From Puniceicoccaceae bacterium (GTDB taxonomy: Bacteria > Verrucomicrobiota > Verrucomicrobiia > Opitutales > Oceanipulchritudinaceae), in the NCBI GenBank assembly GCA_040830765.1, contig JBFOMH010000005.1, positions 320,001-384,000 of the forward strand: DNA of 64,000 nucleotides, in the 5' to 3' direction. A model generated the notes under the pieces. It saw nothing but the letters and a program-made list of their open reading frames with translations, did not search any database and was not told the DNA's origin. The stretch's first letter is position 1, and the number at the start of each line of letters is the position of its first letter. Below, in pieces: positions 59,967 through 64,000 of this stretch. The position numbers were made by a program, and so were the translations under genes.

Positions 59967-60893
59967 TTAAACGGTTTCGGCCATTTGAAGGTTGTCGACT
60001 GTCGCGATGTTGTTCGGATCGAGGGCCTCGAGTTCGTTCGTGACGCCCTCGTAGTCCTCCATCACATCCTCGGTACCAATGGCATTGCCGATGCAATTGA
60101 CCGGCAGACCAAGCGTAACGGCACGACGCACGACAATGGCATCGCGGACCATTGTGCCGAATATACGGGTCTTGGGGGAAATCTTCTTCTGGTTTTTGAA
60201 TTGATTGATCCGGAACTGCATCCGCATCTTCGGTACTTCGACATCCGTACCGCCCTTGACGGCATTGAAAATGACTCCGTTGATTGTCGCCGGTTGGCCC
60301 ATTCCAGGGGTGCGGTAGCGGGCGGAACGATCATTGAACTGCAAAAGCTTGCCGGTCAGGAGAGTCAATCCGATCAAGCTCAGGGCATCCGGGTTGGCCG
60401 GGACAATCACCTCGTTGGCACAGAAGAGGCCACACTGGGAAGCTCGCAAGACATTCGGTGGGCAGTCAAAAAGGATATAGTCGTAGTTGGGCTCGATGGC
60501 CTGGAGGGTCTGCCAGAAACGGACAAAAACCGGTTCGTCGGCCGGCGGCTCATACTCGTGTTCGATATCGATAAGATCGAAGGTCGTCGGAACCAAATCC
60601 AGTCCCGGGAGAATCTTTCGTCCTTCGCGGTCCTCAACCACGTCACGAACCACGATATCTTTCAACTGCTGATCCCCTGGATTAAATAAACTGTAAACGG
60701 AATCCCTTTTGGACCCGTGCAGCTTGTTCCAACGGTCGATGCGCAGGAGCCAGATGCTGACGTTTGACTGGGCGTCGAGGTCAACCAAGAGGACCCGTTT
60801 GCCGCGTTTTGCGAGGCAGGCAGCCATGTTGACGAGGCAACTGGTCTTTCCTACCCCTCCCTTATAGTTGATGAATGCTATTTTTCTTGCCAT
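59967..60893 (-). CDS. ParA/Soj-family ATPase
   Basis: KGGVGKT deviant Walker A, VDLDAQSN, YDYILFDCPP. Confidence 0.93.
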   Translation of the reverse strand: MARKIAFINYKGGVGKTSCLVNMAACLAKRGKRVLLVDLDAQSNVSIWLLRIDRWNKLHGSKRDSVYSLFNPGDQQLKDIVVRDVVEDREGRKILPGLDLVPTTFDLIDIEHEYEPPADEPVFVRFWQTLQAIEPNYDYILFDCPPNVLRASQCGLFCANEVIVPANPDALSLIGLTLLTGKLLQFNDRSARYRTPGMGQPATINGVIFNAVKGGTDVEVPKMRMQFRINQFKNQKKISPKTRIFGTMVRDAIVVRRAVTLGLPVNCIGNAIGTEDVMEDYEGVTNELEALDPNNIATVDNLQMAETV

Positions 60894-61174
60894 TGCTACT
60901 TCTTTCAAGGCCCAGTTAAGCTCAGTTCAGCCCCTTAGACATGCGTCTTTTGCCGCTTTCCGAATAGTTTAAAATTTTTTGACAAAGGGCGGTTTTCGAG
61001 GAATCGGCAGAATTTACCAAATCCGGTGAATAAATCCCTTCCTGTGGTCGTTCAACGGGTATGAAGCGCCCAGCAACCACTATCGGAACAATTGACTCCA
61101 ACCCTTGTCTTGGTATATTGGAATTAGACCCGGAAACTGAACGGTTAACGGGTCCAAGCCGAAAGGAACACCTC

Positions 61175-62740
61175 ATGAAACTACTCACCCGAAGCCTGCT
61201 TACCCCTCTCCTCCTCTCCATGGTCGCCTGTGTCCAGGTCACAAAGGAAGTGACGGCTATCCCCGCCGAACAGGTTCCGGCACAGGAAACGGTCCAGGAT
61301 GAGGCGACTTTCAGCCAGGCCGCTCTCGACCAGATGCTGGCCCCGATTGCCCTTTATCCCGACGTCCTCCTGTCCCAGGTATTGATTGCCTCCACCTATC
61401 CCCTTGAGATCGTCGAGGCTTCCCGCTGGTCCCGTGCCAACCCGGATCTGGAAGGGGACGATGCCGTTGCCGCCGTTGACGAAATGGATTGGGATCCCAG
61501 CATTAAGGCCTTGGTCGCTTTCCCCGAACTGCTCCAACTGATGGACGAGAATCTGACCTGGACCCGTCGCCTCGGAGATGCCTTCCTGCTTCAGGAGGCC
61601 CAAATGATGGATACCATCCAGAATCTCCGTCAGGTCGCCCTTGATGAGGGCTCGCTGGAGGAACTAGAACATGTCGTTGTCTCCCAGCAGGAGGAAGTGA
61701 TCTACATTGAGCCGAGAAGTACCCGAATCGTTTATGTTCCTTATTACGACACCCGCTATGTCTATGGCAGCTGGTGGTGGTATGATTACCCGCCGGTCTG
61801 CTGGTATACACGGCCAGTCCCCTATCATAGTGGCGTCAGTATAGGATTCCACTGGACCAGCGGCATCCACTTTTCATCCAGTTTCTTCTACAGCGACTGC
61901 TACTGGCCAAGTCGGAGGGTGGTCGTGGTCAAGCATCACCACAAGCACCATCGGCCGCACTACAAGGATGGCCGCCGGGATTACCATCGCTACCGGGAAG
62001 CCCCTACCTGGCGCCACAATCCCTACCACCGCCGTGGGGTTCGCTACCCCAGCGAGGAGTTGCATCGTCGTCATGACCGCCACAGCGCCTCCGGCATCAC
62101 CCGTCACCGGGTCCCGGATCGGGATTCCCGCATGGATCACCGGATCAGCCGCCATCCTGACCAACGGCCCATTCCTTCCGAAACACCGGTTCAGCTAACC
62201 CGCCGCAGTCGGGAGGCGGAACAACCCGGACCCGTTGTCAGCAGCCGCGGTACCCGGCAGCAGGATATCTCCAGCCGGCCCAAGCCGAACGCTTCAGCAC
62301 CAGCTATTTCACGCTCTGAACGAGCCAACCGCCTGGCCCGCAGCAGCGAGGCCCGCCGGACTGTCCGGACCAGCCAGATTGCGCGGAACAATCGAGTTAC
62401 CCAGCCGAAACCGGTCGAACGTTCGTCGAATCGGGTTGCTTCTTCAAGGAAGCCTGAGGCCAGCCAACGAAGCACCATCGCCAGGACTCAATCAAAGCCA
62501 AAACCGAAAGGTAACTCCCAATCGGCCCGCCAGTCGGGTTCCTCCACCAACCGGAGCAGCTCAACCAAGTCCAGCGACTCGGGCAACAAAACCACCTACG
62601 CGAATAATAACAACAACAGCTACAGTGGATCCTCAAACTCCTCCTGGAAGAGTAATAATAAGTCTTACGCTTCGAACCGTCCGTCGCGCCAGCATAGGGC
62701 TGACGGCATCCGCAAGGCAATCCGGCCCCATCAGCCGTAG
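61175..62740 (+). CDS. DUF3300 lipoprotein with long Arg/Ser-rich disordered tail
   Basis: Lipobox-like MVAC; LDQMLAPIALYPD.LLSQVL.ASTYPLE, WDPSIKAL, IYIEP..YVPYY..VYG.W. Confidence 0.9.
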   Translation: MKLLTRSLLTPLLLSMVACVQVTKEVTAIPAEQVPAQETVQDEATFSQAALDQMLAPIALYPDVLLSQVLIASTYPLEIVEASRWSRANPDLEGDDAVAAVDEMDWDPSIKALVAFPELLQLMDENLTWTRRLGDAFLLQEAQMMDTIQNLRQVALDEGSLEELEHVVVSQQEEVIYIEPRSTRIVYVPYYDTRYVYGSWWWYDYPPVCWYTRPVPYHSGVSIGFHWTSGIHFSSSFFYSDCYWPSRRVVVVKHHHKHHRPHYKDGRRDYHRYREAPTWRHNPYHRRGVRYPSEELHRRHDRHSASGITRHRVPDRDSRMDHRISRHPDQRPIPSETPVQLTRRSREAEQPGPVVSSRGTRQQDISSRPKPNASAPAISRSERANRLARSSEARRTVRTSQIARNNRVTQPKPVERSSNRVASSRKPEASQRSTIARTQSKPKPKGNSQSARQSGSSTNRSSSTKSSDSGNKTTYANNNNNSYSGSSNSSWKSNNKSYASNRPSRQHRADGIRKAIRPHQP

Positions 62741-62830
62741 GCCCTGCCAGTGCTCTTCAGGCCAGTGACACCGGGAAAGCCTTCAGATTCGGTATTGTAC
62801 TGCTGAACCGGACCCGCCATAACGGCTGGT

Positions 62831-63667
62831 GTGAGTGCCGAGACTGACCAGGAACGATGCCGCAATTGCGGCACAGAGTTGCAAGGTGATTTTTGTCACC
62901 AATGTGGCCAGTCCTCCAAGGTCATCCGGCGGCCAACCCGTGAGGTCCTCGACGATGCCCTGGGTAATGTATTCCACTGGGATTCCCGCCTCTTCAGGAC
63001 GCTTCGGCTTCTCTTTTTCCATCCGGGTCGCCTCTCGGCGGAATGGGTCGAGGGCCGCCGGATGCGGTATGTTCCTCCGTTCAGGCTCTACATCATCGCC
63101 AGCTTTGTGCTTTTTTTGCTCGTCGGCCTATCAACCAGACAAAGCAGTGACGACTTTCAGGCCTTTTCCGCAAGCGACAACGCCATCAAATCCCTGCAAG
63201 CCAGCATCGACAAGGCGAAGGAAGCCGGTGATTGGCTGGAAGGAATTATTCTCCAGGCAACCCTGCAGGCGATTCAAGACCCGGCGGCCTACTTCAGGAA
63301 AATCACCTCAAACCTGCCCAAGGCCGCCTTTGTTTTCCTTCCGCTCTTCGCGCTGCTGCACAGGCTGGCAAACTTGCGCCAGAAACGGTTCTATATCGAC
63401 TACCTGGTCTTTTCCCTCAACTTCCACGCCTTCAGTTTTTTACTGATCGCGATTGTCCTCCTCGCGGGATTGCTCTCCTCATTCGTGGGCGAATTTCTGG
63501 AGCTGTTCTACCCGCTGATCCTCGTCTATGGGATTATCGCCTTCCGCAACTTCAGCCAGCAGGGCTGGGGAAAAAGCATCCTCAAGGGATTCCTCGTCTT
63601 CGGGGCCTACGCCACTGTACTCAGTTTCGGCATCGCCTTTTACCTGGCTGCGGTTCTCTTCCTGTAG
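62831..63667 (+). CDS. DUF3667 membrane protein
   Basis: CRNCG....GDFCHQCGQ zinc ribbon, PG.L..E...GRR.RYVPPFRLY. Confidence 0.9.
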   Translation: MSAETDQERCRNCGTELQGDFCHQCGQSSKVIRRPTREVLDDALGNVFHWDSRLFRTLRLLFFHPGRLSAEWVEGRRMRYVPPFRLYIIASFVLFLLVGLSTRQSSDDFQAFSASDNAIKSLQASIDKAKEAGDWLEGIILQATLQAIQDPAAYFRKITSNLPKAAFVFLPLFALLHRLANLRQKRFYIDYLVFSLNFHAFSFLLIAIVLLAGLLSSFVGEFLELFYPLILVYGIIAFRNFSQQGWGKSILKGFLVFGAYATVLSFGIAFYLAAVLFL

Positions 63668-64000
63668 GATGGAGAGGACCTTATCTTTCTCATCTGCATA
63701 AGTGACCCGGTCATGCGCATCGATGCGGAAGTAGCCATCCTTGATCAAGTAGTCGATCATCTGGTCAACCTCGGTGTCTCGAATACCACCGCTACCATGG
63801 AACATCGACCGGATTGACCGAAAGACCTCCTGACGGTTTTCCGGCCGCAATTGATTCAGGCAATTGCGGATGTAGCCCTGCTTGCGATGGACCGCCATCA
63901 CCGGCCGGTTGGCTGGCTTTTTTTCCTCCGATTCATCCACTCCGGATTTCGGACCCATGACCTGGGTCAAGGCTGCATATTGGGCAGCCGTCATTTCGAT
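63479..64000 (-). CDS. Hypothetical protein, 5' end outside the window
   Basis: Open minus-strand frame from the window edge; winged-helix-like ending IDYLIKDGYFRID..RVTY; first stop at 63479. Confidence 0.55.
   Translation of the reverse strand: MEMTAAQYAALTQVMGPKSGVDESEEKKPANRPVMAVHRKQGYIRNCLNQLRPENRQEVFRSIRSMFHGSGGIRDTEVDQMIDYLIKDGYFRIDAHDRVTYADEKDKVLSILQEENRSQVKGDAETEYSGVGPEDEESLEDAFSPALLAEVAEGDNPIDEDQRVEQLQKFAHE

Noticed and set aside
61930..62740. His/Arg/Ser/Asn low-complexity region
   Set aside because: Disordered tails are usual in DUF3300 proteins; no DNA-level repeat array.

Overview
A GC-rich bacterial chromosomal window. Gene content and secreted-protein architectures suggest Verrucomicrobiota, probably Opitutales/Puniceicoccaceae; this taxonomy is inferred, not confirmed. 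Housekeeping genes are ilvH/ilvN (partial), rph, sucCD, phhB, trhO, thpR, hemF-hemE, fbaA, dps, tRNA-Asp(GTC) and tRNA-Asn(GTT). Accessory genes include large secreted proteins, a FitAB/VapBC-type toxin-antitoxin pair, an AraC-NmrA-DUF1772-SnoaL cluster, a heparinase II/III plus GH2 pair and an isolated pduS-pduT-like microcompartment pair. I saw no CRISPR array, rRNA, integrase or transposase. The best candidates for an undescribed system are: (1) a Cys-rich secreted leader ORF ending in an APP motif, followed by a four-way-junction RNA that fills the gap to an MFP/ABC/dual-permease/Cys-lipoprotein operon (38195-43793), possibly a metal-sensing translational switch; (2) a 12-kb operon of three giant secreted proteins (25656-37702); (3) a ParA ATPase with two unknown partners and no ParB (58246-60893); (4) two recurring C-terminal domains on unrelated secreted proteins that may be lineage-specific sorting signals. 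All functional calls come from motif recognition by eye; no database searches were run.
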